A stretch of DNA of 64,000 bases, taken from positions 1-64,000 of the forward strand of contig CAXTYC010000006.1 of NCBI GenBank assembly GCA_964248365.1. Direction: 5' to 3'. This DNA is from an uncultured Chroococcidiopsis sp. (GTDB lineage: Bacteria > Cyanobacteriota > Cyanobacteriia > Cyanobacteriales > Chroococcidiopsidaceae). Within the stretch, counting starts at the first letter, position 1. Each line of letters opens with the position of its first letter. Positions 22,314 through 32,733 of the stretch are shown piece by piece. The notes beneath the pieces are model-generated. The model saw only the letters and a program-made list of their open reading frames with translations, was not told the DNA's origin and searched no databases. The position numbers were made by a program, and so were the translations under genes.

Positions 22314-23405
22314 ATGGGCAATACCTTTGGACATCTGTTTCGAGTCACAACTTTTGGAGAATCTCACGGCGGCGGCGTTGGAGTGGTAATTGATGGATGT
22401 CCGCCGCGACTAGAAATTTCTACCGAGGAAATTCAGTGGGAACTAGATCGCAGAAGACCAGGGCAAAGTAAAATTACCACACCCCGAAAAGAAGCTGATA
22501 GCTGCGAAATTCTGTCAGGAGTATTTGAGGGTAAGACTTTGGGAACACCAATATCGATTTTGGTAAGGAACAAAGACACCCGTCCTCAAGACTACGACGA
22601 AATGGCACAAACCTATCGTCCATCCCATGCCGATGCTACCTATGATGCGAAATATGGTATTCGTAACTGGCAAGGTGGAGGGAGATCGTCAGCAAGAGAG
22701 ACAATTGGTAGAGTAGCAGCAGGTGCGATCGCCAAAAAAATTCTACATTCCTATGGTGGCGTTGAAATCATCGGTTACGTCAAACGCATTCAAGATTTAG
22801 AAGCGATAGTCGATCCCAACACCGTCACCCTAGAGCAAGTTGAAAGTAATATTGTCCGCTGTCCTGATGCTGAATCTGCCGAACGAATGATCGAACGCAT
22901 TGAGCAAATAGGACGAACAGGTGATTCCGTCGGTGGTGTGGTAGAATGCATTGCTCGAAACGTACCCAAGGGATTGGGTTCGCCCGTCTTTGACAGGCTA
23001 GAAGCAGATATAGCCAAAGGTGTAATGTCTTTACCTGCTACCAAAGGATTTGAAATTGGTTCTGGCTTTGCTGGAACGCTACTAACTGGTAGTGAGCATA
23101 ACGACGAATTCTACACCGACGAAGCTGGGGAAATTCGTACTGTAACTAACCGTTCTGGCGGGGTACAAGGTGGAATTTCCAACGGAGAAAATATTATTTT
23201 GCGAGTTGCATTTAAACCAACAGCGACGATTCGTAAAGAGCAGCGTACAGTAAACCGCGAGGGTGAAGAAACAATGCTAGCTGCAAAAGGACGGCACGAT
23301 CCTTGCGTATTACCAAGAGCCGTACCAATGGTAGAAGCAATGGTTGCTTTGGTAATGTGCGATCACCTCCTGCGGCATTACGGACAGTGTAAAGTATTGG
23401 GTTGA
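22314..23405 (+). CDS. aroC: Chorismate synthase
   Basis: FGESHG, RPSHAD, RSSARET, GRHDPC. Confidence 0.97.
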   Translation: MGNTFGHLFRVTTFGESHGGGVGVVIDGCPPRLEISTEEIQWELDRRRPGQSKITTPRKEADSCEILSGVFEGKTLGTPISILVRNKDTRPQDYDEMAQTYRPSHADATYDAKYGIRNWQGGGRSSARETIGRVAAGAIAKKILHSYGGVEIIGYVKRIQDLEAIVDPNTVTLEQVESNIVRCPDAESAERMIERIEQIGRTGDSVGGVVECIARNVPKGLGSPVFDRLEADIAKGVMSLPATKGFEIGSGFAGTLLTGSEHNDEFYTDEAGEIRTVTNRSGGVQGGISNGENIILRVAFKPTATIRKEQRTVNREGEETMLAAKGRHDPCVLPRAVPMVEAMVALVMCDHLLRHYGQCKVLG

Positions 23406-23430
23406 GCAAGAATGTCTCCCTCATAATAGT

Positions 23431-23455
23431 TTGGTGGGCATTGCCCACCCTACAC
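23431..23455. repeat. REP-like palindrome GGTGGGCATTGCCCACCCTAC
   Basis: Palindromic core; related copies at 38174-38222 and 58777-58831. Confidence 0.6.
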
Positions 23456-23463
23456 AGGAAATT

Positions 23464-24282
23464 TTGGAATTAGCTCAAAAGATAGCAGCCAAATTTAGTG
23501 CTGTCCTCAAGTTGTAGCTATTGCTTTGGCTGGATCTCAAATAGCTAAAGTTTCAGATGATTTATCTGACTTAGATTTTTATATCTATACACAATCAGAA
23601 ATTTCTCTAGATATTCGTACCAATATTGCTAAGGAATTTGCCACTCGGATAGAAATCAATAACTCTTTTTGGGAACCTGGCGACGAATGGATAGATAATA
23701 ACTCTGGTCGTGGTGTCGATATTATGTACAGGACACCCAGTTGGATTGAAGAACAGCTTGATAGGGTTTTGGTACTCCATCAAGCATCGGTAGGTTATTC
23801 GACTTGCTTTTGGTGGAATGTTTTGATGTCTCGCTCTTTGTATGATCGAGATGGTTGGTTTAGTCAGTTGCAAGAAAAAGCTAAACAACCGTATCCCAGT
23901 CAATTAAGAAAAGCAATAATTGCTAAAAATTATCCGATTTTACGAAAGAACATTTCTTCCTATACTTATCAGTTAGAATTGGCAATTAACAGGAGTGACT
24001 TTGTTAGCATGAATCACCGCATCACAGCTTTGCTAGCAAGTTATTTTGATATCATCTTTGCAGTCAACTATGTGCCTCATCCTGGGGAAAAACGCCTTGT
24101 AGATTGGGCTAAAAAGCTATGTAAAAAATTACCCAACAATATAGAACATTACGTTAAACGTGGCAAGTGCAATATCATTGAACTTGGGCAACCAGGATGT
24201 AATTCACCATATTAATAGACTTATTGATAGTTTAGATGAATTATTAATAGCAGAGGAACTAATCACAGCAGATGAAAATTAG
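23464..24282 (+). pseudogene. Nucleotidyltransferase (DUF4037-like) disrupted by two frameshifts (~23503 and ~24155)
   Basis: LELAQKIAAKFS / PQVVAIALAGSQ...SDLDFY (Pol-beta GS...DxD) ...HPGEKRL... / NVASAISL...IDSLDELLIAEELITADEN*. Confidence 0.7.
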
Positions 24283-24458
24283 CCTAATAGCATTTTCAGT
24301 TAATTAGATTACAAATGGATGCTCGTCAAAGTGTTTCACAGCAAGAGTTTCTCAATTCCATTATCTAAAATCTATGGCTCCAAAATTGGTATTACCCACC
24401 CCATCACTATTGCATAGCCTAGAATATTGGCATCACTTCACCTAGAAGGAATGCTTGT

Positions 24459-25025
24459 ATGAATCAGCCACTAACCGAACGGGTAATCTGGACTAAATCT
24501 GACTTAGATCTCTTACCAGATAACGGCAACCGCTATGAGATTATTGATGGAGAACTATTTGTGACAAAAGCACCACACTGGAAGCACCAACTAACGTGTG
24601 GTAGAATCTTCTCAGTACTTGATAGTTGGTCTGGATCTACTGGTTTAGGGCAATCTGCAATTAATCCAGGGATTATTTTTACCGACACTGATAATGTCAT
24701 TCCCGATGTAGTGTGGGCTAGTAATGAAAGATTAGCTGTTTTACTAGATAATGCAGGGCATTTAACCGCAGCGCCAGAGTTAGTAGTAGAGGTGTTATCC
24801 GCTGGTGGGGAGAATCAGAGGCGAGATCGAGAAGCAAAGCTGAAGCTGTATTCTTCTAGAGGAGTACGGGAATACTGGATTGTCGATTGGCAAAAGCAAC
24901 AAATTGAAGTTTATCGTAGGGAACAAGCGGTGCTAAGGTTGGTTGCAACTTTGTTTATAAATGATGAATTAACTAGCCCTTTATTACCTGCTTTCAATTG
25001 TCCTGTAGCTAGAATATTTGCTTAG
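24459..25025 (+). CDS. Uma2 family endonuclease
   Basis: RYEIIDGEL, PDVVW, PELVVEVLS, KLKLY..GVREYWIVD. Confidence 0.92.
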   Translation: MNQPLTERVIWTKSDLDLLPDNGNRYEIIDGELFVTKAPHWKHQLTCGRIFSVLDSWSGSTGLGQSAINPGIIFTDTDNVIPDVVWASNERLAVLLDNAGHLTAAPELVVEVLSAGGENQRRDREAKLKLYSSRGVREYWIVDWQKQQIEVYRREQAVLRLVATLFINDELTSPLLPAFNCPVARIFA

Positions 25026-25142
25026 GAATTAAGAGCGATCGCTAGCTTATTTATTCATTATATATAGACTTTATTACAATCTTGGGATTATTTGCTGGGG
25101 CATTAACTACAATTGCTATTGGTAGTTGAATGGGAGAAAGCA

Positions 25143-26384
25143 ATGCCCTTACGGCTGGTGAAATTTGCGCTGTCTCACAAGTACCCAGAACCGCGAATGT
25201 TCCGGCAGCGCGATCGCCTACGATCGAGCTATGATGCCGTTATTATCGGGGGAGGAGGTCACGGACTTGCTACCGCCTATTACCTAGCGCGAGATTATGG
25301 CATGAATAATATTGCCGTACTTGAAAAAGGATACATCGGCGGCGGTAACACGGGACGCAACACGACGATTATTCGCTCTAACTACCTCACGCCGGAAGGG
25401 GTAAAGTTTTATGATGAATCGGTGCGGTTATGGCAGGATTTAGCGCAAGACTTTGACCTAAATTTGTTTTATTCAACTCGCGGTCACTTCACGTTGGCAC
25501 ATACTGATTCTGCCCTAAGAACGATGCGCTGGCGGGCAGAAGTTAATAAACACTTTGGCATTGATAGCGAGTTGGTAAGTCCAGACGAGATTCAAACAGC
25601 TTGTCCGCACATGGATATGACTTGTGGCGGTCATGCGCCAATTTTGGGAGCATTATATCATGCTCCTGGTAGTATTGCGCGTCATGATGCAGTTGCCTGG
25701 GGATATGGTCGCGGCGCAGATCTAAAGGGGGTAGAAATTCATCAGCAAACCGAAGTTGTGGGGATTACGGTTGAGGCTGGGCGAGTAACTGGAGTAGAGA
25801 CAACGCGGGGTAATATTTCCACACCTCGCGTCTTGTGTGCAGTGGCAGGATTTACGCCGCGCATTTTGGAGATGGTGGAACTGCGATCGCCACTTTATAT
25901 CCACCCGTTACAAGCAATGGTCAGCGAACCGATGAAACCTTGGCTCGATCCGATTATCGTTTCAGGTAGTTTGCACGTATACGTTAGTCAAACAGCGCGG
26001 GGAGAGTTGGTGATGGGTGCATCGCTCGATCCTTATGAATTGCATTCTACACGCTCGACACTCGATTTTGCTGAACTCCTGGCGGCTCATATGCTAGAAC
26101 TATTCCCCTTTCTCTCCCACGTCAAAGTAGTGCGTCAGTGGGCGGGAATGGCAGATATGACTCCAGATTTTGCCCCAATTATGGGTAAAACCCCCATCGA
26201 TGGATTTTATCTCGATGCAGGTTGGGGAACATGGGGTTTTAAGGCAACGCCTGTATGTGGGAAGACGATGGCATATACAGTAGCAAGCGATCGCAATCAT
26301 GACTTAATCAAAGACTTCTCCCTTTCACGGTTTGTCAATTACGCTCTGATGGGTGAAAAAGGCGCGGCTTCAGTGGGGCATTAG
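25143..26384 (+). CDS. mgdA: N-methylglutamate dehydrogenase subunit A (sarcosine oxidase beta-like, FAD)
   Basis: IGGGGHG, GNTGRNTTIIRSNY, ARHDAVAWGY, WGTWGFKATP, C-terminal GEKGAASVGH; linked to gmaS/mgs. Confidence 0.85.
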   Translation: MPLRLVKFALSHKYPEPRMFRQRDRLRSSYDAVIIGGGGHGLATAYYLARDYGMNNIAVLEKGYIGGGNTGRNTTIIRSNYLTPEGVKFYDESVRLWQDLAQDFDLNLFYSTRGHFTLAHTDSALRTMRWRAEVNKHFGIDSELVSPDEIQTACPHMDMTCGGHAPILGALYHAPGSIARHDAVAWGYGRGADLKGVEIHQQTEVVGITVEAGRVTGVETTRGNISTPRVLCAVAGFTPRILEMVELRSPLYIHPLQAMVSEPMKPWLDPIIVSGSLHVYVSQTARGELVMGASLDPYELHSTRSTLDFAELLAAHMLELFPFLSHVKVVRQWAGMADMTPDFAPIMGKTPIDGFYLDAGWGTWGFKATPVCGKTMAYTVASDRNHDLIKDFSLSRFVNYALMGEKGAASVGH

Positions 26385-26386
26385 CA

Positions 26387-26644
26387 ATGAAAATTATGAA
26401 CTGTCCAATCAACGGTCAAAGACCGATTTCTGAATTTATCTACTGGGGTGAAGTCCGCCCGATGCCCGATCCAAAAACAGCTAATGATGCAACTTGGGCA
26501 GATTATATATTTAACCGCAATGGCGCACCTGGAATTAAACAAGAATGGTGGTGTCACACACCTAGCAACACCTGGTTTATTGCCGAGCGAGACACGCAAA
26601 AAGATATAATTTTACGCACCTATTTGTATGGAGTGGCAGTATGA
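26387..26644 (+). CDS. mgdB: N-methylglutamate dehydrogenase subunit B (sarcosine oxidase delta-like)
   Basis: CPINGQRPISEF, WADYIFNRN, EWWCH, ERDT. Confidence 0.85.
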   Translation: MKIMNCPINGQRPISEFIYWGEVRPMPDPKTANDATWADYIFNRNGAPGIKQEWWCHTPSNTWFIAERDTQKDIILRTYLYGVAV

Positions 26645-29559
26645 GCGATCGCCTTCCTCCTATACCAGGTGAATGGATTGACCGCAGCCAACCTCTTGAT
26701 TTCACCTTTGAGGACAAGCGATACTGGGGCTATAAGGGAGACACTGTAACAAGTGCATTGTGTGCCAGTGGGCAGCATATTCTCGGACGCAGTTTTAAAT
26801 ATCATCGTCCGCGTGGAATTTTAAGCCTTGCCAACCATGATATTAATGCCTTGATGCAGTCGGGACAAGAACTGAATTTACGGGCAGATGTTACACCCTT
26901 AGAGGCTGGAATGTCGCTAACGGCGGTTAATACCTTTGGTGGTATAATGAGCGATCGCCTTAGCGTTCTGGGCTTGTTCTCCTCATTTCTACCTGTTGGC
27001 TTTTACTACAAAGCTTTTCACAACAAACGGCTGTTTCCCTTCTGGGAACGTTTGATTCGCAATATTGGTGGACTGGGTAAATTGGATGTTTCCACTCCAC
27101 GTATCCGTACACCAAAGCGCTATGACTTTTGTGACGTGCTGGTAATTGGGGCGGGTGTGTCAGGACTAGCAGCAGCATTGGCGGCGGCGGATGCAGGTGC
27201 AGATGTCGTCATTGTGGATGAAAATGCACGGGCTGGCGGATCGGGGAGTTATCAGCTAGGAGGTTGGGGCGATCGCCAGGAAAAAACAGCCAAATTACTA
27301 GGTGCTGTAGAGTCTCATCCGCGCATCCGAGTCTACACACAAACACAGGCGGCAGGGTATTACGCAGATCATTGGATACCTTTAGTCGAGCGCGATCGCC
27401 TTGTCAAAATGCGGGCGAAAACGGTAATAGTGGCAAGTGGAGCTTACGAGCAACCAGCGGTATTTCGTAATAATGACATTCCTGGCGTAATGTTAGCAAC
27501 AGCTGCACAACGGCTAATCTATCGTTATGCAGTAAAACCGATGCATCGGGCAGTAGTGCTAACAGCCAACAGTGACGGTTATCGGGCTGCTTTGGATCTA
27601 GCCAATCACGGTGTTACAATCATGGCGATCGTCGATTTGCGCCCCCTTCCGACGGTAAATGATGTGACTCAAAAAGTGCGATCGCTTGGTATTCCCATCT
27701 TTTCAAATTATTGTATATACGAAGCTAAACGAAATCCTGGCGGTGATGGTGTTAGTTCTGCTGTCATTTGTCCCTGGGATGCAAACAGTCAACCGCAAAT
27801 AGGATCGAGTCAAGCGATCGCCTGTGATGGCATAGTTATGAGTGTAGGTTGGTGTCCAGCAGCTAGCTTGCTGTACCAAGCAGGAACCCAAATGCGCTAT
27901 GATGACTTTTTGCAGCAATTCGTCCCAGAAATATTGCCCCCTGGCGTGTTTGCCTGTGGTCGGGTAAACGGAGTATTTGAATTTGAGCAAAAATTCCTAG
28001 ATGGTCGTCGGGCGGGGTTAGAAGCAGCAGCCTATCTAGGTTTGGCAAAGAAGGTAGACATTGCGATCGCCCCAGAATCTGAATCACCTTCTCATCCTTG
28101 GGCGATCGTCGAACATCCGGCGGGGAAAAACTTTGTTGATTTCGATGAAGACTTGCAATTCAAGGACTTTGTGAATGCAATTTCTGAAGGATTCGATAAT
28201 ATCGAGTTGCTCAAGCGCTATACTACCGTAGGTATGGGAGCTAGCCAAGGCAAACATTCCAATATGAATGCCCTGCGAATCTTGGCAAAAATTACGGGTA
28301 AATCTCCAGGTGAAGTCGGTACAACCACAGCCCGTCCGTTCTTTCATCCCGTACCAATGTCGCATTTAGCCGGACGCGGTTTCACGCCGGAACGACAAAC
28401 ACCTTTGCACAGCCGTCATGCAGCACTGGGCGCTAAATTCATGCTAGCGGGAATGTGGCGAAGACCGGAATACTATGCTCAACCAGGGAAAAGTCGAGAC
28501 GAGTGTATATGCTTTGAAGCTGAAGCTGTCCGTAACCGTGTGGGAATTATTGATGTAGGAACGCTGGGGAAACTGGAAATACGCGGTACAGATGCTGGCG
28601 AGTTTTTAGAGCGAGTTTATACCGGACGCTACACCAACATGAAGATAGGCACATCGCGCTATGCACTCATGCTAGATGAAGCGGGGGTAATAATTGATGA
28701 CGGGGTAATTGCGCGACTGGGAACGGAGCATTTCTACTTCACTACCACGACAGGAGGCGCAACGAATATCTACCGCGAACTTTCACGGCTGAATACAATA
28801 TGGCAGATGGACTGCGGCATAGTCAACTTAACTGGGGCGCGATCGGCGATTAATTTGGCAGGGTTGGATGCGCGAAATGTACTTGCTAAATTAACCGATC
28901 TCGATCTTTCCACCACTGCTTTTCCCTACCTAGCAGTACGCGAGGCAAAAGTTGCTGGAATTCCTGCTGTATTGATGCGAGTTGGCTTTGTAGGTGAGTG
29001 GGGATACGAAATTCATGTTGCTGCCGAATTTGCGGCGGCGGTTTGGGATGCTTTGCTAGAAGCAGGGACGACTTACGGCATTTGTCCGTTTGGAGTGGAG
29101 GCACAGCGTCTGTTGCGGCTAGAAAAAGGACACTTAATCGTCGGGACGGATACCGACGGTTTGACAACACCCTTGGAAGCAAACTTAGAGTGGGCAGTTA
29201 AAATGGATAAGCCATTTTTCATCGGTCAGCGCAGCTTACAAGCGATCGCCTCTCGGCAGGTTAAACAAAAGCTAGTCGGCTTCATGCTAGATAGTAACTT
29301 TCAGGGTACTCCCCCGCAAGAGTGCCATTTAGTCATTGATCGCGGCGACATTGCTGGGCGCGTTACCAGTATTGCCTTTAGTCCCACACTCAAACGGTAC
29401 ATTGGGCTAGCATACATCAAACTAGAATTGGGCAATTGCTTCTCAATCCGCTTGTCTGACGGTTCGCTTGTTAACGCAACTGTCAGCCAAACACCATTCT
29501 ACGATCCTGAAAATACGCGCCAACGAGAGGCGATCGCACATCAGGAAGTCGCCGTATGA
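26641..29559 (+). CDS. mgdC: N-methylglutamate dehydrogenase subunit C (sarcosine oxidase alpha-like, with GcvT folate-binding domain)
   Basis: GRSFKYHRPRG, IGAGVSG, KRYTTVGMG.SQGK, IIDDGV, GEWGYE, LRLEKG. Confidence 0.85.
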   Translation: MSDRLPPIPGEWIDRSQPLDFTFEDKRYWGYKGDTVTSALCASGQHILGRSFKYHRPRGILSLANHDINALMQSGQELNLRADVTPLEAGMSLTAVNTFGGIMSDRLSVLGLFSSFLPVGFYYKAFHNKRLFPFWERLIRNIGGLGKLDVSTPRIRTPKRYDFCDVLVIGAGVSGLAAALAAADAGADVVIVDENARAGGSGSYQLGGWGDRQEKTAKLLGAVESHPRIRVYTQTQAAGYYADHWIPLVERDRLVKMRAKTVIVASGAYEQPAVFRNNDIPGVMLATAAQRLIYRYAVKPMHRAVVLTANSDGYRAALDLANHGVTIMAIVDLRPLPTVNDVTQKVRSLGIPIFSNYCIYEAKRNPGGDGVSSAVICPWDANSQPQIGSSQAIACDGIVMSVGWCPAASLLYQAGTQMRYDDFLQQFVPEILPPGVFACGRVNGVFEFEQKFLDGRRAGLEAAAYLGLAKKVDIAIAPESESPSHPWAIVEHPAGKNFVDFDEDLQFKDFVNAISEGFDNIELLKRYTTVGMGASQGKHSNMNALRILAKITGKSPGEVGTTTARPFFHPVPMSHLAGRGFTPERQTPLHSRHAALGAKFMLAGMWRRPEYYAQPGKSRDECICFEAEAVRNRVGIIDVGTLGKLEIRGTDAGEFLERVYTGRYTNMKIGTSRYALMLDEAGVIIDDGVIARLGTEHFYFTTTTGGATNIYRELSRLNTIWQMDCGIVNLTGARSAINLAGLDARNVLAKLTDLDLSTTAFPYLAVREAKVAGIPAVLMRVGFVGEWGYEIHVAAEFAAAVWDALLEAGTTYGICPFGVEAQRLLRLEKGHLIVGTDTDGLTTPLEANLEWAVKMDKPFFIGQRSLQAIASRQVKQKLVGFMLDSNFQGTPPQECHLVIDRGDIAGRVTSIAFSPTLKRYIGLAYIKLELGNCFSIRLSDGSLVNATVSQTPFYDPENTRQREAIAHQEVAV

Positions 29560-30191
29560 ACACACCTCGCATCAGTCCCATTTACGACCAATTGCCGCTA
29601 AACGGAGTGTGGCGGGAAATCAACGGTATGCGATCGCTCGTTCGGCTAGCTGATGACGAAGCAAACGCGGCACGGTTGGGCATTGCTGATTTATCTTTCT
29701 TGACTCGCTTTGGTGTCAAGGGTGCGGCTGCATCGGCTTGGCTGGAAAGTCAGGGTATCCCCGTACCAGAGCGCCCAAATACCTGGTGTCATCTACCCCA
29801 GGGAGGTATTGTTGCTCGTCTTGGTATGAGTGAGTTTCTAATTGAAGACAGTTTGCACAGTAATGTCGCGCCTCGACTAGCGATCGCTTGCCAACAGCCC
29901 CCCGCCAAAGTTTATCCTGTCTTGCGACAAGATGCCGCGATCGCTGTTTGTGGTACAGAAATTAATCAACTGCTGCTGCAAACTTGTAGTGTCAACTTTA
30001 GCGCCGTGTCCATAAATGAACGTGAGGTAATTTTGACTTCGATGGTCGGTGTAGCGGTGGTTGTAGTTCCTAGCGCCGAGTGTTACCGCATTTGGTGCGA
30101 TGGTACGTTTGGGGCGTATTTATGGCGAACCTTATTGGCGATCGCCCAAGAACTTGGCGGCGGTGCTGTGGGTGCAGAACGATTGGTTTGA
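29556..30191 (+). CDS. mgdD: N-methylglutamate dehydrogenase subunit D (sarcosine oxidase gamma-like)
   Basis: DLSFLTRFGVKG, ARLGMSEFLIED, YRIWCDGTFGAYLW; ATGA overlap with mgdC. Confidence 0.8.
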   Translation: MNTPRISPIYDQLPLNGVWREINGMRSLVRLADDEANAARLGIADLSFLTRFGVKGAAASAWLESQGIPVPERPNTWCHLPQGGIVARLGMSEFLIEDSLHSNVAPRLAIACQQPPAKVYPVLRQDAAIAVCGTEINQLLLQTCSVNFSAVSINEREVILTSMVGVAVVVVPSAECYRIWCDGTFGAYLWRTLLAIAQELGGGAVGAERLV

Positions 30192-30209
30192 ACAGCCAAA
30201 GGTAGAAAG

Positions 30210-31256
30210 ATGTGCTTGGTGATTGATAATTACGTCAAAAATCTGATGGCTGAACATTCCCTCCCAGGTGTTTCGGTAGGTGTCGTTAGAGATGGCAACC
30301 CTGTATTGATGAAAGGATATGGACTCGCCAATGTCGAACTATCAGTTGCGGCAACTGAGCAATCTGTCTATGAGTTAGCCTCAATTAGCAAACCTTTTAC
30401 AGCAACCGCTACGATGATGCTGGTTGAGGAAAAAGCAATTAGTTTGGATGACAGCATCACCGATTACTTACCTGATTCCCCTGCGGCTTGGAAACCAGTA
30501 ACTTTAAGGCATATTCTTTCCCATCAATCTGGTATTCCTAGCTATACTTCAGTTGCAGACTACTGGAAGACAACCCGACAAGACATTTCAAAGCAGGAAA
30601 TTATTGCTCTAGTGGCAGAATTGCCATTGATGTTTGCACCAGGCGATCGCTGGTCTTACGACAATACTGGCTACTACTTACTTGGTTTTATATTGGAGAA
30701 GGTTAGCGGAAAACCTTATGAAGAATTTCTGCATGAGCGTATTTTTGCGCCACTAGAAATGAATGCAACTGTAATGAATAATCCCGCAACCATTATTAAA
30801 AACCGTGTTGCTGGCTACCGTTTAGAAAATAAAATTCTCTACAACAAGGAATACTACAGTCCTTCAGGTACTTACGCAGCTGGGGGGTGGTTGTCATCTA
30901 TTGCTGACATGGTGAAATGGGAAGGTGCTATGTGTACAAAAAAACTACTTAACCAATCTACTTGGGAACAGATGTGGATGCCCTACGAGACAGCGCATGG
31001 AAATGAGCGCGAAAAGTATGGTTTTACCCAAGGGTTAGGCTGGCATTTACCCAACTACACCAAGCGCAAGGTTTTAAGCCACAATGGCGCAATTAAAGGC
31101 TTTTCTACAAATATGTCACGCTTTGTTGATGACAAAATTACTGTCATTTTTCTATGTAATTTGGAAGGCATTCAAAGACCAGACGTATTTAGCAAGGCTA
31201 TTGCTGAACATTTTGTTCCTGCTCTAGCTCAGGAACCCTTCAAACCGCCAATCTAA
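30210..31256 (+). CDS. Serine hydrolase, beta-lactamase class C / D-aminopeptidase (peptidase S12) fold, no signal peptide
   Basis: SxxK (ASISK), LSHQSG, YxN (YDN), HNG. Confidence 0.85.
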   Translation: MCLVIDNYVKNLMAEHSLPGVSVGVVRDGNPVLMKGYGLANVELSVAATEQSVYELASISKPFTATATMMLVEEKAISLDDSITDYLPDSPAAWKPVTLRHILSHQSGIPSYTSVADYWKTTRQDISKQEIIALVAELPLMFAPGDRWSYDNTGYYLLGFILEKVSGKPYEEFLHERIFAPLEMNATVMNNPATIIKNRVAGYRLENKILYNKEYYSPSGTYAAGGWLSSIADMVKWEGAMCTKKLLNQSTWEQMWMPYETAHGNEREKYGFTQGLGWHLPNYTKRKVLSHNGAIKGFSTNMSRFVDDKITVIFLCNLEGIQRPDVFSKAIAEHFVPALAQEPFKPPI

Positions 31257-31292
31257 ACTTTATTAGCTGATTTCTAGTGGAGGATAGCTTAG

Positions 31293-32621
31293 ATGACACC
31301 AACAGAGGCGAAGCAATTTTTAGAAAAGCACCAGGTAAAGTTTATCCTAGCGCAGTTTGTGGATATTCATGGTGCAGCGAAAACAAAAGCAGTTCCGGCT
31401 TCACATTTTGACGATATCCTCAATCCTGGTGCTGGCTTTGCGGGGTTTGCTGTGTGGGGGCTGGGAATGCAACCCAATAGCCCAGACTTTATGGCAGTGG
31501 GCGATCCTGCTACGCTTTCACTTGTGCCTTGGATGCCTGGTTTTGCTCGAATGGTTTGTGTTGGTCACGTCAAGGGGCAACCTTACCCTTACGATACCAG
31601 ATTCATTCTCATGCAGCAGATTGAACGGCTCAGACAAAAGGGTTGGACTTTTTACACCGGACTAGAACCAGAATTTTTCTTGCTGCATAAAGACGATCGC
31701 GGCAATATATCACCTTTTGATACTTCAGATACCCTAGATAAACCTTGCTACGACTATAAGGGATTATCTCGTAGTCGTGCCTATATTGAAAAGTTGGTAG
31801 CCAGTTTGCAAGCTGTTGATTTCGATGTTTACCAAATCGACCATGAAGATGCTAATGGTCAATTTGAAGTTAATTACACTTACACCGATTGTCTCACCTC
31901 TGCCGATCGCTATATTTTCCTCAAGATGGCCGCTTCAGAAATTGCTAAGGAGATGGGTTTGATTTGCTCATTTATGCCCAAACCCTTCGCTAATCGCACC
32001 GGAAACGGTATGCATATTCATATGTCGATTGGCGAGGGTGAAAGTAATTTATTTGCTGATGATAGCGATGCGCGCGGGCTAGGGCTGTCTAAACTAGCTT
32101 ACCACTTTTTAGGTGGACTTCTAGCACACGCTAGAGCCTTAACTGCTGTTTGTGCGCCTACAGTCAACTCTTACAAAAGACTAGTAGTTGGGCGATCGCT
32201 CAGTGGCTCAACTTGGGCGCCTGCTTACATCAGCTATGGTGACAATAATCGCTCTAGTATGGTGCGCGTTCCAGGCGGTAGGCTAGAGTTGCGTCTAGCA
32301 GACGGCTCCTGCAATCCTTACTTAGCAACCGCAGTAGCGATCGCAGCAGGCTTAGATGGCATCGAAAAAGAACTACACCCAGGCGAACCACATAACCTAA
32401 ACTTATACGATCTCTCCCCTGCCCAACTCCAAGAAAAAGGAATTCATACTTTACCCCAAAGTTTAAACGAAGCGATCGATGCTTTAGACTCCGACGAAGT
32501 AATTAAACAAGCCTTGGGCGTATTAGCAGATGAATTCATCAACCTCAAGCGAATGGAGTGGGTTGAATATATGCGTCACGTTTCCCAATGGGAAATACAA
32601 CGCTATCTAGAGTTCTTCTAA
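31293..32621 (+). CDS. gmaS: Gamma-glutamylmethylamide synthetase (GlnT-like glutamine synthetase family)
   Basis: [49 protein letters not shown]; flanked by mgd and mgs genes. Confidence 0.85.
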   Translation: MTPTEAKQFLEKHQVKFILAQFVDIHGAAKTKAVPASHFDDILNPGAGFAGFAVWGLGMQPNSPDFMAVGDPATLSLVPWMPGFARMVCVGHVKGQPYPYDTRFILMQQIERLRQKGWTFYTGLEPEFFLLHKDDRGNISPFDTSDTLDKPCYDYKGLSRSRAYIEKLVASLQAVDFDVYQIDHEDANGQFEVNYTYTDCLTSADRYIFLKMAASEIAKEMGLICSFMPKPFANRTGNGMHIHMSIGEGESNLFADDSDARGLGLSKLAYHFLGGLLAHARALTAVCAPTVNSYKRLVVGRSLSGSTWAPAYISYGDNNRSSMVRVPGGRLELRLADGSCNPYLATAVAIAAGLDGIEKELHPGEPHNLNLYDLSPAQLQEKGIHTLPQSLNEAIDALDSDEVIKQALGVLADEFINLKRMEWVEYMRHVSQWEIQRYLEFF

Positions 32622-32623
32622 AG

Positions 32624-32733
32624 ATAGCAATCTTGCCCATCCTTCGTCAGAACTCTCTTTATCTCTTAACTTTGCGCCCTCTGCGTCTTTGCGGTTCGTT
32701 TTATAATCTTACTCCTCACCTAAAACTGCTATA
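32624..32733. mobile_element. MITE-like element (ATAGCAAT...ACTGCTAT ends) between gmaS and mgsA
   Basis: Short imperfect TIRs and an internal ctttgcgccctctgcgtctttgcgg core shared with 62477-62589 and, inverted, ~41160. Confidence 0.5.

Noticed and set aside
24868..24876. GGGAATACT inside the Uma2 gene
   Set aside because: Explained by the codons of the conserved REYW motif
25063..25078. Possible NtcA site upstream of mgdA (tATA-N8-TACa)
   Set aside because: Mismatch in the GTA half-site, no well-spaced -10 box, AT-rich context
25143..30191. Calling the four genes plain sarcosine oxidase soxBDAG
   Set aside because: Linkage to gmaS and mgsABC favours NMG dehydrogenase; only phylogeny or an assay can fully exclude it
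30210..31256. Antibiotic-resistance beta-lactamase
   Set aside because: No signal peptide, HNG instead of KTG, and a metabolic operon context
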